DNA from: Raillietiella orientalis
Lineage: Eukaryota
Length of the DNA stretch: 64,000 bases
NCBI GenBank assembly: GCA_036172245.1
Contig: JAYWIR010000001.1
Span: 7,564,001-7,628,000 of the forward strand
Direction: 5' to 3'
A model generated the notes under the pieces. It did no database searches. It was not told the origin of the DNA and worked only from the letters and a program-made list of their open reading frames with translations. Both the position numbers and the translations under genes were made by a program. Shown here in pieces: positions 1 to 12,392 of this stretch (the first letter of the stretch is position 1; every line of letters starts with the position of its first letter).

Positions 1-74
1 GTTGCTCCGTCAACAAGTACCGGGAAGCGGTTTCTTCTTGGGAAGTGTGTGTTTTTTCACATCGTTGGTGTCCG

Positions 75-1831
75 ATGGCATCGCTGCCAGAGGACACCAC
101 GATGGAGGTAGGCGTGGGGGAGGCTAGTCCCCCCCCACGGCCTACTGGATCAGGGACATCCGCCCCGGACTCATCCCCGGCAATGCCGAGGACGTGGAGC
201 GCCATGGTGGCCGCGCCGAGCGCGGAAACCTTGGCGGAGCAAGCGGCTTACAGGGCCTCAGGATATAAACCATCTCTGGTTTATAAGGTAGGACCCCTGT
301 TTGATGGTCGCACCGCCCGGGCCTTCAGTAAGGCACTACAGGACTTTCCTGTAAGAGAAGAGGATCTTGACGGCCTCTCCGTACTCAGCGGGGGGCAGCG
401 CGTGGAGGTCGTCTGCAAAGACGTAGCCTTAGCACAGCGCCTGATAAACACCCCGCTGAATGTGGATGGCCGGAAAATCCTATCGGTTAGCATGGACCGC
501 TCCGTAGTGGTCCATCTAACCGGAATCACAAATCGGATGACGCGCTCGGCGGTCAATTCCGAGTTGATGAAATACGGAGAGGTACACGCGTTGTGGCCAA
601 AGCCCACCATCTTCGAAGGCTTTCATAGCCATTCGGAGGCCAGGCTGCAGCGCGTGTCACTGTCAATGAGGGTGCTGGGTTGCCCCACAAACTGGAGGTC
701 GCGAAGGTATCCGTCGACCTCTGGTACGTGGGGAAACCCCGCTATTGTGGCTACTGCAATGCAGTAGGGCACTTGCGCAAGCGGTGCCCGAACATTGAGT
801 GCCACTTGTGCGGGGTTAAGGGACACGTGCGTCGTGTGGGCCCTAAACGCCCCACCCCGGTGCCACCTGCTGCCAAAAAGGCGCAGGCCAAAAAAATGAA
901 CAAGGTCGAAAGACCTAAGCGGGAAACTGGCCGGCCCCAGCCGCCATCTCCTCTTGCTCTCACCCAGGCGTCGGAGGATAAAACCGCGGAAGACGCGGGA
1001 GTGGAGGAGGGATGGCAACTGGTAAAGGCCAGGAAGGAGAAACAAGTGGTGAAAGAACCACTGGAGAAAACGGAGAAAAAGAACACGGCCGACAAAAAGA
1101 ATAAAGCCGCGCCGCTGTCAAACAAACTCCGCGAGTGCTCGGTAGCACTAGATCGCGTAAGCGTTCCTGAGGCTGCCACCTGGGGCGACGAGCCTCCCCT
1201 CGCCGTTTCCGCCGCGCCCGAGGTTCGCGCAGGCGAACCCTCTGTTTACACAGGGGGTGAGCCGCGCGACGCGCGCGCCGACGGCGAGGACGACGCCTTC
1301 GCGAAGGCGGCGGAGGAGCTCGCGGTCACGCTGGCCGAGCGTGAAAACCCCTCACGCAAGGCCGTGCGCAGGCCGGCTCCGCCGAAGAAGGCCCCCGAAG
1401 GTGAGTTCGACCTGGGGGCCGGAAGTGCATCCTCCTCCTCGGAGGCACCCCCCCGGAAGACGGGACGTAAGTCCCAAAAACCGAGGAGGCGCCTCCCCTC
1501 CACGAGCGAGGAGGAGAAGCCGGAAGCCGACGCCAGCGTGGGAAACCCGGAGGTGGAATTCCCACGCACGGAAGCCGTCGAGCAGGCCACCCCCATGGAG
1601 GAGGGTGAAGAGGGGGGCGAAGTCCTCCCTGTAGTCGCCGAACCTGAACAGCCCGCCCCCATGGAGGAGGGCGAACAGGGAGGCGCGACCCCACCTGAGG
1701 GTGAACCGGCCGACGCGCCGTTACCCATGGAGGAGGGGGACCAGGTGCCTTCAGCACCTGACCCTCCCCCTCCACCTAGCGTCCCGCCCCAACAGGTGGC
1801 GGGAGCCCCATTGCCACTTTCCCAGGAGTAA
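75..1831 (+). pseudogene. Tx1 ORF1 (gag-like nucleic-acid-binding protein) with one frameshift at ~630-650
   Basis: ORFs 45-767 and 680-1831 join into a protein collinear with the ORF1 at 7557-8546 (SGGQxxExxCKD, DRSxVxHLTG, LPHK...WYVGKP, CxxCxxxGHxxxxC), followed by a long Pro/Glu-rich tail. Confidence 0.85.
1592..1745 (+). repeat. Three in-frame 66-nt (22-aa) PMEEG(E/D) repeats at the ORF1 C-terminus
   Basis: cccATGGAGGAGGG with ATG at 1595, 1661 and 1727 (period exactly 66). Confidence 0.85.
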
Positions 1832-1849
1832 CACCTGGGCTCGCCTGTC

Positions 1850-2390
1850 GCCGTCGGATCCGCGTGGCCAGTTGGAACGTCAACGGGCTGCGCGACGACG
1901 GCAACAGACGAGATACGGCCGACACCCTGCGCGACTTCGACCTGGCGCTCCTGCAGGAGATCCACGTGATCACCGCGGAGAACGCCCAGGAGATCGAGAG
2001 GATCGCAGGGGGTCGTCTGTTTTGGCAATGCGGCGCTCGCAACACCTGTGGCGTCGCCTTTTTTATGAAGCCAGCAGTCGCCGCCTTCGTCAAGGACGTA
2101 CGCTTCGACAACGACAGTCGGGTTGGCCGGCTCATCCTTAGGTGGTCCGACCCGATCGACCTTGTCGTGACCAATGTGTACGCTCCGAGCGGAGGATGCG
2201 GGTACGGGGAACGTTCCCGGTTCCTCGAAACCCTGAAGCGCGACTGGCTGGCGGATACAAACGTACGCAAAGTGCATCTGATCGGTGGGGATTTCAACAT
2301 CCGCCTGCTCTCAGGTGTGCCTTGCTGGCAAAAAGACGCAGCCAACGAGCTGTGCGCTGCTATGCGCACGCGCTGGGTCGATCTTAACCT
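1850..2390 (+). pseudogene. Tx1 ORF2 apurinic-like (APE) endonuclease, C-terminally truncated
   Basis: RVASWNVNGL, DLALLQEIH, GVAFF, NVYAP, LIGGDFNI; the SDH motif is missing because of the deletion. Confidence 0.9.
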
Positions 2391-3104
2391 AGAGTGACCC
2401 CCGTTATTTAGAGACGCATCCACCCTCCCCCTCAAGTGGCAGGAAACGGCGCTGTTGTTGTTGCACTGGGGTCTTCCCTGCAACGCGCGCCGCCACCACT
2501 GGACGTTGGGGAACGTGGGACAGAACTGTGCAGTGTGCGGGGAGAAGGAATCCCTCCCCCATCTGTTAGTGGACTGTGCTGCCCTCCGGCCCTTGTGGGA
2601 ACGTTATGCTACGACCCTCCCCATGCCGGTCGGCAGTACCCCCAGAGACGTTGTGAGACTCCTCTTCGTGCGAGACGCCCTGCCACCAGCCTCAACCCTG
2701 GAAGCGCTCTGCTGCCTCCGAGGGATTGTGGCCGCCTGGAGCGCAACCAACAGAGGAAGCAGCGACAGGGACCCCATCGTACACGCGGGTCGCTACCTGC
2801 GAATCGCGATCGGCTGGTCCCATCTGGGAACTATGACGAGGACCTCGAGGGCATCCTGGAAAGGATGGTCTCTTCCTCTAGCGGGTTGTGATCCCTTCCC
2901 GCCCCCCCAAATAGTTTCTTTTTGTTATTTCATTTATTTTTCTTTCTGTTTTACCCCCCCCCCCTCGCTGCCGAGGAGAGTCAAGCCGGTCTGCGAACCA
3001 GCTTCCTCGCAGGTCCCAGGAACTATTGGCCGTAGCGGGGCCTAGTGCCGCAGATGTACTGTGTTTTTTTTTTTAATAAACGCCTCGGCGTGACCGGGTG
3101 AAAA

Positions 3105-3620
3105 CTTCCCCGTGTCCAGTGATGACGGCGTGCATTGCAGGGGAGTCCCCAGTGCAACAGCATCAGCGCCGACTCCTGCCATTTTAGGGGAAGGATCCTT
3201 GTTTCAGTTGTTACTGGGGGCTACTTCAGGTCATCATTCGTGATGCCGAGCAGCTCGCCCCATTTTTTTAGTCCTTGCGGAAGGACGCTATGGGTTGTGG
3301 CGTCCGCTAGCTGTCCCATTGTCCAACCCCTCAACAGTTTTTCGCTGCCTGCGATACGGCAAGAGACTTGCCACCTCGGCGTCCGGCTGCTGACGATTGC
3401 CCTACGTAGGAAGGGAAGCACCGTCTCCAGGCAGGTCGCCTCTGCCCACGTGCTTCTGGCTGGACACTCCACGATCTCGCGTAGAGTGCAGCGGGCGTAT
3501 CGGCCGCGTCGCAGGCTAGTCCATGTCACGTGGCTCCTCTTATTCACTACAGCCCACGTGCCAACTGTTTCATCCAGCCATGCGCTGGAGTTGACGGGGC
3601 TGCAGATCATCCAAGCATTC
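3105..3620 (-). mobile_element. Tx1 fragment B: ORF2 region just upstream of and into zf-RVT
   Basis: Minus-strand WTMGQLADAT...WGELLG...LPLKWQESALMLLHWGLPCNARRHHW, homologous to copies A, E and G. Confidence 0.85.
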
Positions 3621-4344
3621 TCCCTCGCCAGGGTGGCTACTCGTCCGAGGAGAAGGCCGCATCAGTTATATGGGGGACTGGGGGGCAGGGAAGGGATCAC
3701 TGGGCGCCTGGGTCGGTCCTCTGCATCCTGTTTAGGATGCAGTCAAGTTCTGCTTTCACCGTGGGAGGTAGACGCCACCTTGTCGCCGTCTCCAAAGAGA
3801 TCGTCGTCCAGTGGATGCCATCCCTGCATCTTGGGCCTCAACCCTCCTGCACCAGGGGGACACCGCGAGGGACTTGATGCGCCGCTTCTTCACGCCAGGC
3901 GGTCTTTGGGTCTTTGGTCTCCAGGTCTTTGGGTGCTGTCGTTGCAACCGTGTGTTGCACCCGCGCCATCGACAAGGCCCACCGAGAGTTGGAGATGCTG
4001 GCCATCGTTCGTCAGCCCACCGGATTAGCCAGCACAAGCATGTCGTCGGCTGCCGAGTGGGCCCATCTGCCACAGGACGTAAGGAGAGATCGCCGGCATC
4101 CATCGCCGGTTCTGAAAGGAAGGAACGGCCTTACCAAAGACCCCTGTCCCCTGCCCTCCCGTATCTTTATTTTTATTTTTTATACTGGTATATTTGTGGT
4201 CCCCTCCCTCCAGTTCCGGACTTTCCGTATACCGACCTGCGTGTCGGGGATTCCACCCCCTTCGTCTCTTCTGTATCTTTTGTCCGGGAACTCTGTTCCC
4301 GGATAGTTTTGCAATAAACGCTCCGGCGCACTCGGGTGATAAAC
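3620..4344 (+). mobile_element. Tx1 fragment C: degenerate ORF2 3' end and complete 3' UTR of a more divergent subfamily
   Basis: Same UTR architecture (U-rich then C-rich tract, hairpin with CTGCGT loop at 4232-4247) and terminal motif at 4313-4338; coding part only weakly recognisable. Confidence 0.7.
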
Positions 4345-4790
4345 AACAGGACCTGCCGGGTCGCCGGTACGCAGACCTGCGCGACTCACCTCGGCAGCGG
4401 AAGGGGATGTGGGGAAAAATAAAAATAAAACATAAAGGGCGATGCGCAGGAGGTCCTTTGTCCTTTTTTTTATTTCCATGGGGACGGGGCAAACAAAAAG
4501 TAAGGGGCGAAGGAGGTGGGCCACGAACGCGTTCCACACCGCGGCCCGTTCCTGCAAGTAAAAATTGCCGTTCCGGAACGGGCCGATCGCCAACTCCACC
4601 TTTTGGAGACAGTCGGACCAGGCTTCTGCAACGCAGAAGTCCCCCAACGGAACGCCAAGGTACTTGAAGCACCTGCTCGTGGGGATCCCCAAGCGGATCC
4701 AGTCCGGCCGTCCGGCCCACGCCGTACTAGTAGATAGTTGTGGTGATGTTGAAACGATGGCTGATTTCTCTCTGTTCACGTACACCGCAT
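4345..4790 (-). mobile_element. Tx1 fragment D: end of RT/thumb joined directly to a truncated 3' UTR
   Basis: VNREKS...WIRLGI...FKYLGVPLG...KKRTKDLLRIAL (matches 5805-6160 of copy E), then the UTR hairpin at 4353-4397, homologous to 2968-3012. Confidence 0.85.
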
Positions 4791-4799
4791 AGTCAGGGG

Positions 4800-7580
4800 T
4801 TACTGCTCCTCGTTGTACGCGGAGGAGCCGACGGAACGCAGTCTCTCCGAGCTGCTTCTGCCGACGGGTAACCCTGCTATCGACGAGGGGAACGCGCGAA
4901 ACTGGATTGGCCCTTCACGGCGGAAGTGTCTTCTTTCATAACGGGCCTGAAGATGCGTAAGGCGACTGGGGAGGATGGCCTGCCCGCGGAGTTCTTTCAG
5001 TACTTCGCGGCAGAGCTCGTCCCCCTGGTGCTGAGCCTCTCCGCGCTGATTCGGGAGACGGGAGATGTTCCCGCTTCCTTCCGTTCAGCAAAGGTGCGGC
5101 TCCTGCCGAAAGGCGGTGATTTGCGGCAGCTCAACAACTGGCGTCCGATCACCTTAGTGAATTCGGACGTCAAGTTGTTCTCCAAGGTATGAGTCACGCA
5201 GCTGGGGAGAATTGCGGAGTCCTTGGTAAGTCCGGAGCAGACGTATGCTGTTCCGGGGCGGTCCATGGACGCGAATCTCTTCTTCGCGCGAACATGGTTC
5301 GAGTTGCAGCAGCGCGTAGCGTAGCAGAGCCAGGCAGCCGAAAGGGCCGCCGCTAAGGGCAAGCGGCGGTGCTTGAGGCACGATGGAACGTCGGGAGCCT
5401 TAGCGGTCGCCGTCGATCTCTGCAAAGCGTTCGACAGCGTAAACCAGGACCTCCTTCTGGAGCTTCTGGGACGCCTAGGCCTTCCAACGCACCTCATCGC
5501 CTACTTGCGCTCCTGCTGGCACCACGTGTTATGTTGTATCTCTTTCAGCGGGCGCCACGTGTACGGCGTTCCCATACGGCGGGGTATCAGGCAGGGAGAC
5601 AGCTTAAGCCCCCTGCTCTTTAGCATCTTCTTTGAGTTGGTGCTGAGGGCGTACAGGCCGACGCTGGCCAACCTGCCGAGCTCCCGCCCGGGAACTCCGG
5701 CCGTGGCCGCCTATGCTGACGACCTTCTCCTGCTGCTGCTCATGTCCACCCCGGCGTCCAGGCTCGAAGACTTCTTTGAGCTGCTGCGCAGCGGGACGGG
5801 CCTCGTAGTAAACAGGGAGAAGTCGTCGTTACTTGCAACGAACACGTCGTGTGGCGGACGGTCGGACTGGATCCGCTTGGGGATCCTTACGGGCGGGTAC
5901 ATCAAGTACCTTGGCGTTCCGTTTGGGGACTTCTGGTCCGACCTGATGTCCTGTCCCTGTTGCAGATGTCTAGTCCGACCGTCTCCAAAAAGTGGAATTG
6001 ACGATCGACCCGTTTCACAATGGCAAGTTTTACCTGCCGCAACGGGCCGCGGCGTGGAACGCTTTCGCGACCCCCTTCCTGCGCCCCCTACTTTTTGTGT
6101 GCCCCCTCCACCGATTATGAAAAAAAAAAGGACTAAGGTCCTCCTAAGGAAAGCCCTTTGAGGCTCAGGGAGGTCCCGTGTCCGATTAAAAGACATGTGC
6201 TCTCCACGCAGGGACGGTGGCTTGGACCTCCTGACGATGGAGCGCATGGAGCGGCAGCTCCAATTCAGAAGACTCGCCCTCGTGGCGAAGTCTTGGTTGA
6301 CGTCATTGTGCGAACCCGCACGGCTCCTCACCAGCAGAGCGACCTGCTGCGAAGGATTGTCCTCGATCCTCGTGGCATACCCGCGCAGCCTGAACAATTG
6401 TGGTTGTGACTTGCGCTAGATGGTCGCCCTGATGAGGGAGAATACCTGGATCTCCTGCCGCCCCGCAAACTTCACTGCCTGGCTTTAGGAGTCAGTTTCC
6501 GCGTGGGTCAAGATCAACGGCACGAGCGAGGCGGAGCACAACTGTCTCCGTCGAGGACCCAATGCACGACAGCCCCTGCAGATCATAAACAACCCGCGGA
6601 AGTATCTGTGGGCTTCCTTGACCTACCTTGCCCCGTGCTGTCCTCCCTCAGGAACATCAGGAACAGCAACGAACGAGCATTGTGGGAAGTGTCCTGCCTC
6701 ATCCGAGGCAGGAGAAAACCATTGAAGGCGTGGACGACTCGGGAGTCAACGGACGCTGCAACCCCGAGCGTCCCGTCTAAAGGAATTGTGTGCTGGGGCG
6801 AGCTGCTCGGCATACCTCCGGAGGAGGTGAAGTGGCCCCTAGCGTGCTGGGATAGTTGCACCCTGTCCCTGGAATGGCAGGAGACGGCACTGTTAGTGTT
6901 CCATTGGGGACTCCTTTGCAAAGCACGCCTCTTCCATTGGACATCAGGGACTGTGGATGCCAATTGTGCAGGGTGCGGGGAACAAGAGACCTTCCCTCAC
7001 CTCATCATCGAGTGTGTCGCCCTCCGACCCATGTGGGATCGACTGTCGGCGATCTTGAACATTCCCGAGGGAGACCCGAAGGACATTTTCCGTCGCCTCC
7101 CGATGCAAGACGCCCTGCCAGCAGCCGCGTGTGTGGCGGTTCTCTGCTGCATATGCGGGATCCTGGCAAAATGGACTGCGTCCAACAGAGGACATAACAG
7201 CCGGAACGCCATCCAATGGGCGGCCCTCAACATTGAGAAAGCTTCCCGATGGTCCCGGCTGAGATCATTACGTCCGGCACTTATCCGCATCCTGAACACG
7301 ATGCAGAGAATCGGAGCGATCAGTGATTCCTTCCCAGCCCTCATTTCCCCAAAAACATTTCCCTCCCCTTGGTTTTCATTTGATTTTTCTGTTTTGTTTG
7401 TCGTTTTCCCTTCATTATCGCATCCGGACAGGATCTCTGCGGCCTGCGAACTGGCAGCGGCAAGTGTGTCAAGATAGGCAGAACCACGTGTTCCGCCTAA
7501 ACATATTTACAGGACTTTATTATGAAATTTTTACTATGTAGAAATCTTAACAATAAATGCCCCGGCATATCCGGGTGATA
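4800..7580 (+). mobile_element. Tx1 copy E: 5'-truncated ORF2 (RT + zf-RVT) with stops/frameshifts, and 3' UTR
   Basis: RT motifs KATGEDGLPAEF, LLPK, NWRPITLVNSDVKLFSK, DLCKAFDSV, GIRQGDSLSPLLF, YADD, KYLGV; zf-RVT CAGCGEQETFPHLIIEC; terminal motif at 7552-7577. Confidence 0.93.
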
Positions 7581-8760
7581 CATACCCCCACCGCCCCGGC
7601 GAGGGCATGGAGCGCGGTGGCAGCGGCAGAAACGCCGGACGTCGCCGCGGAAATTGCGGTCCACCTACAGGAGGGCTATAATCCCGCCCTCCTGTACAAG
7701 GTAGGCAATTTGTATTCGCCTCTTCGGACTCGAAAATTCGGGAATGCCATCCTTAGGATGGGCATTAAGGAAGAGGAGATTGCGTGCCTCTCAGTGTGCA
7801 GCGGCGGGCAGTTCTCCGAGTTAATCTGCAAAGATGCAGCGCTGACACACAAACTGCTCTGCACTCCCGTGCAGATGGAGGGTCGCAACATCCTTCCCAA
7901 CACGGTGGACCGTTCCATTGTGATCCACCTAACGGGAACAACGGTGCGAATGGACGAAACGTCCATTCGCGCCGAAATTGAAAAATACGCGGCGATTCAC
8001 GCCAAGTGGCTAAAGACCAACCGTTTCGGGATCAAGGCTGCCTTCAGAGAGCTCGTCGCCGCACGCGCGACCCTTCGCGAGGGGTGCGGACTTCCCCACA
8101 AACCCCAGCTCGGCACCGAGTTTGTCGACGTTTGGTATGTGGGGAAGCCGAAGTTTTGCGGCACTTGCAAGACGTTTGGGCATCTGAAAAAGAGATGCCC
8201 GGACGCTTTATGCCCCACGTGCGGCGCCAAGGGCCACACCAAAGTGGTGTGCCCGATGAACGTCGCTCCGCCGCCGTCGGAATCTTCCCAAAAATACAAG
8301 ACAGCGGCGAACGGGGAAAAGGCCGCGCCTCGCGAGGGCGTGAAGTATTGCCGCGTGCCGGAGATCGACAACCGCTCCGCTACGGAATCCGCATCAACTG
8401 ACGTCACGCCCAATGAACCCGCCGTCGCTCATGCGCCGACGCCGCGACGAAGTCGCGAATCGGGCTTAAGCAGCGACGGAAGAACTGGTGGCCATGTTCC
8501 AGCAGCCACCCGAGGCCGAGGAAAAGGCCTTGAGCCCCCCGGCTGAGCCGAAAGGACCGGAGACTTCCGAGTCCGAAGCCGGCAGCGCTCCTTCCGTCGC
8601 TCTTCCAAAACGGAAGGCGGGGCCGCAAGGTAGGCAACCCGCGGCGCACCGCTCCTTCTCAGGCAGAGGACGGAATGCGCTCGGACCACGACGAGGAGGC
8701 GATGTCCGCGAGGTCTCGCGACCCCTCGCCGGAAGCGGCACAGCCAAAGCCTGTTGCTTG
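7581..8760 (+). mobile_element. Tx1 copy F: ORF1 fragment
   Basis: ORF 7557-8546 with two intact CCHC knuckles (CGTCKTFGHLKKRC, CPTCGAKGHTKVVC), homologous to copy A ORF1; ends at an abrupt switch to AT-rich DNA near 8760. Confidence 0.88.
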
Positions 8761-9113
8761 CTCCGATATCAAATAGGATTAGTAACGCGAACGGGTAACA
8801 CATTAGTTATAAATTGTTCTGATCAGTGAGAAAGGCAATCCACATCCCAACCGTTGCTGCCGCAACCATGCATTTTCTCTTAAGAAAGGATCGGAAATGA
8901 AAAAATCTCGAAATGAAGAATCGGAAATCAATATTTACGAAAGTTTAGGCTGCTTTTACGTAAATGCGAAGATTGGGTCCAAATAAACTGTATATTCGGT
9001 TACGTTCGTGTCAATCGAAAGTTACCGTAGGGGAAACCACAGAACGAAGCCTTTCACAGCGTAAAGGTTGTTCACAGCTCGAATTCACACTACCAGAAAC
9101 GTCTTGCAGTTGC

Positions 9114-12100
9114 TTAAGCTTCGTGGGCGAGTCCTTCTATTAATTCATCCAGCAATGTCTTCTGTACGAAAATGAAATCATTCGCTAAATAATCGTTTCT
9201 CAATACTAGAGAATACATGACATAACCCTTTCCTTCCATGAATTCCAGAATTGTGGCTGGCTTCACTTTGTTATGGACGTATTCCACCGAAAGCACCTAG
9301 GAACAGAAGAATTAACAAGAAGGGTCGGCTTCAGAAGAGGAAATTTTCGGTGCAGCAAGATGGCAAGGGTTCATCCGCTTGCCACAAAAGTCAAAAGCCA
9401 CCAACACCGAAACGACCAACTCTCGGCTCACCGGCTGGGCTTCGAGAAAGATCTCCAATAAAAACGAACCAGGAGCTCTCAAATGCCAGAAACTCTTCTT
9501 GGTTTCTCTTGGTTTGTTTTTCCATTGGGTTTTAGCATTTTCTTTTTTTTCTGTATGATCATGAAAACCCCTTTTTACACTTTGTGGTTTGCAAACCCTT
9601 TGTGCGCGCCCATCCGCACGCGAGGGAGCTTTCCCTGAGGAAATTCCCTACCATGAATCGGATGGCAAAGCAGTTGTAAAGAGCCACAAAGAGAGAGAGA
9701 GAGAAAGGACGAGAAACCAAGAGAGTTCCAAATGGAAACTTCACCATCTTTTCCAGCAAGACCCCAGTTGTCGATAGCAAAAGAAAAGGGTAGACGGGGT
9801 ATCAATCGTCACCTTTATCTCTATGTCCTCAAAGGGGATGGTTTGAAGAACATCGAATTCCGCCCCTTCCACATCTAAGGAGAAGTAGTCCACCTTCGAC
9901 ACGTTTATGGCCTCCAGCAAGTAGTGGAGAGGGAAGCACTGAGCCCGGACAATTTTTTTGTTGTTTTTGTCGTTTCGCATAACAATTTTGCCTTGGTTGA
10001 AGTTCCTTTTGAAAAACACCTGGAACAGGAAACACCGTAAAACATCCTTCTCTCTCTTCTTTTTTTTCCGACAAGAATAATCCAGGTGAAATTCCAGGTA
10101 AGTCAGGAATCTCTTCCGTTATCTCTGGTTCGAAGTGCTTTCGTGGAGCCGCCGAGAAGGCCGACCCTTTTCAGGGATGGGCGCGGTTCCGAAGTGCGCG
10201 CGTTCCGAAGAGCTTGTCCGGCGTGCTCCGCTAAGGATAGCCGCCATCTCGGGATGTGGTCGGAAAGCAGCCCGGCGGAAGTTTCTCTCCTGAGGGGAAC
10301 CGGATCTCTGCGGTTTGGTAGAACCTCGAGTCGGCACGCCACCGACCGTGGGAAGGTGCACCCTTGAGGTAACCGTGAACTCCACACCATTCGGTTTGGC
10401 AACTCGTGTGTGTCTGTGTACGTGCGTATGCAAGAAAAAAAAAAAAAAAAATCCACCCCCTAGAAAACTTCCCAGTGCTGAAAATGAAAAAGAAAAAGAA
10501 GTTGCTTTGCTGCAGCTTCCCTTATCCGCTCAACGCTTGCTGCACGCCGCCTCCACCACCTCCACCTTCCTGCCACCGGAACCCAGGGGAAACCCCCCCA
10601 CCGCGTTGTCCTTTTTAGCGGTGCATGCAGCGCCTTTCCACGACAGCAGCGCAGCCCGTCCCTCAAGTTTCAGAGGAGCGGGAGATTTCCGCTTCCTTGT
10701 TTTCAAGCTGGTCACACCTACACCTACTTCCGGGAAAGGCTCCTGCTAATTCTCGGGGAAGGGGGAAAGGAGGGGGAGGGGGGTTCCAGAGGCTACGCCA
10801 AACAGAACGCTCGGATACCTCCCCGACGCATGCAGAGAATCAAGGTCTGCAGTCTTTCCCTTTGGACCAGCGACGAGGAGGAATGAAGGATGCTGCAGAG
10901 GTCCACGCCGAGCGGCGCACGACAGCTGCACTGCTCTTCGCGGGCTCCCGAATGGCACGGAAATCTTCTTCCTCTTCTTTCCCCTCTACCCCTTCGACGA
11001 CGCAAAGAGCGGAGCATCCCGGAATTCGCTCTATGCGGAAGCAAAGGGAGGGTTCCCCTTTTTCCTGTGATGACGGCAGGGACTCTACGTGCCCCGAAGC
11101 CGACGTTGGGATTTCGTCCCCAGGAGTGCTTGCGGGCAAAACTATCGAAGGCCGCGCCCCCGATCCCGGCCCCTCCCTAAGGGAAGAGTGCTGCACCACA
11201 GGCTCTTCAGGGAGAGCAACGCTCTTGGGGGGATTTTCGCGTGCTCTGCGAAAGCAGCAGCAGCAGCCGAAAGCTGGAAGAGATCGCCTAATAACATTAG
11301 GTCGCGTCTCCTTTTCCCTTCCAGGAATCCTGGGGCCTCTCGCCAAAGGAAACCTGAAAACAGGAGCAGCTGCCATTACCTCTTCAGGGTAGGGGTGCGT
11401 GCTCAGGCAGGTGCCGCTGACCCACGCCTTGCGGTGCTTCCGGAGCATCATCTCCACGCTGCCCTCGTCCGCTTCGATGAGCAGCCCGGACCAGTTCAGA
11501 TGCTTCTCGAAGTAGAGAGTGTTGGAACGCGTCTCTCCGTCCAACGCTCCGCATTCCACGAAGAACCCATTTGTCTGAGGATGGACATTGATGCCGGGTT
11601 GCTGTTGGATGATTTGGTGCAGGGGAGGGGGAGGAGGATAACCAATCCCCCCCCTGCCCCGGATCGGCCTTGGGTGCCCCTTCCTCACCTTTCCTTTGAA
11701 AATCGTGGTGACGATTTGTGCTTGACCCATGGAGGGGTTGTCATTCTTTGGGTGACTCAAGTTGTACGGCTCGCTGGACGGCGGATACAAGTATTTCTTC
11801 CGTATGAGCTGCAGAACGGATTCGTTTAACCGCACTTCTTCCAGCGAGGGCTGCAAACCTTCAACACGCTCAGACGAATTACAAGGTCAAGGGTATACCT
11901 GCCCCCTCCCCCAACCTACCCCTCACCCTCTTCCCTATTTTCGCTCGAAGGAGTGGGGAAAGCGGCCGCGTCCCCTTCTAGATAGAGGACCCCGCGCTTG
12001 AGCGACAGGAGGCGCGAACGCGGACCAACGTAACTTCGCGTTCAACCTCTGGAGAGCAGCATCATGTTCGAAACTCTTCGACGGTGGGCACTCCCATCCT

Positions 12101-12361
12101 GGATTCCCTAAGTGGCAGCGAGGCCTGACCTGCAATCGGATCCGCTTTCCTTCGTTTCTTTTTTTTTTCTTTCCCGGGGAGGGAGGGGAGGACTTTCGAG
12201 ATTCCACGCTCGTGGGATCGGGTCGGAAGACTGCGAAAACTACCACTTGCGGAATATGTGGTGGAGGTATGGGAGAACACGCAGGCTTCCTCTCCCGGGG
12301 TCAACTCCTCCCTCCACATATACGTCGAGCACGCGCGCGCCGTGGACTCTACGTACCTCGC

Positions 12362-12392
<31 letters not shown>

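Larger units (their letters stand above)
45..3104 (+). mobile_element. L1/Tx1-clade non-LTR retrotransposon copy A: ORF1, then APE endonuclease fused by internal deletion to the C-terminal zf-RVT region, then 3' UTR (RT domain absent)
   Basis: ORF1 with CCHC knuckles; APE motifs ASWNVNGL, LQEIH, NVYAP, IGGDFN; then directly LLHWGLP...CAVCGEKESLPHLLVDC (zf-RVT); U-rich/C-rich UTR and AATAAA plus terminal motif at 3075-3100. The 5' end may lie outside the window. Confidence 0.9.

Noticed and set aside
1815-1831. Programmed -1 frameshift at TTTCCCA
   Set aside because: The heptamer is out of phase with ORF1 codons (CTT TCC CAG) and C-runs are atypical.
1246-2277. 343-aa antisense ORF over Tx1 ORF1/ORF2
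   Set aside because: Shadow ORF of GC-rich coding sequence with no recognisable motifs.
3105-4344. Fragments B(-) and C(+) as a single twin-primed, 5'-inverted insertion
   Set aside because: They cover overlapping ORF2 regions with very different sequence, so they come from different subfamilies.
1-8900. Tx1 insertion into U2 snRNA, tRNA or rRNA (Keno/Dewa-type targeting)
   Set aside because: No recognisable snRNA, tRNA or rRNA sequence at any junction.
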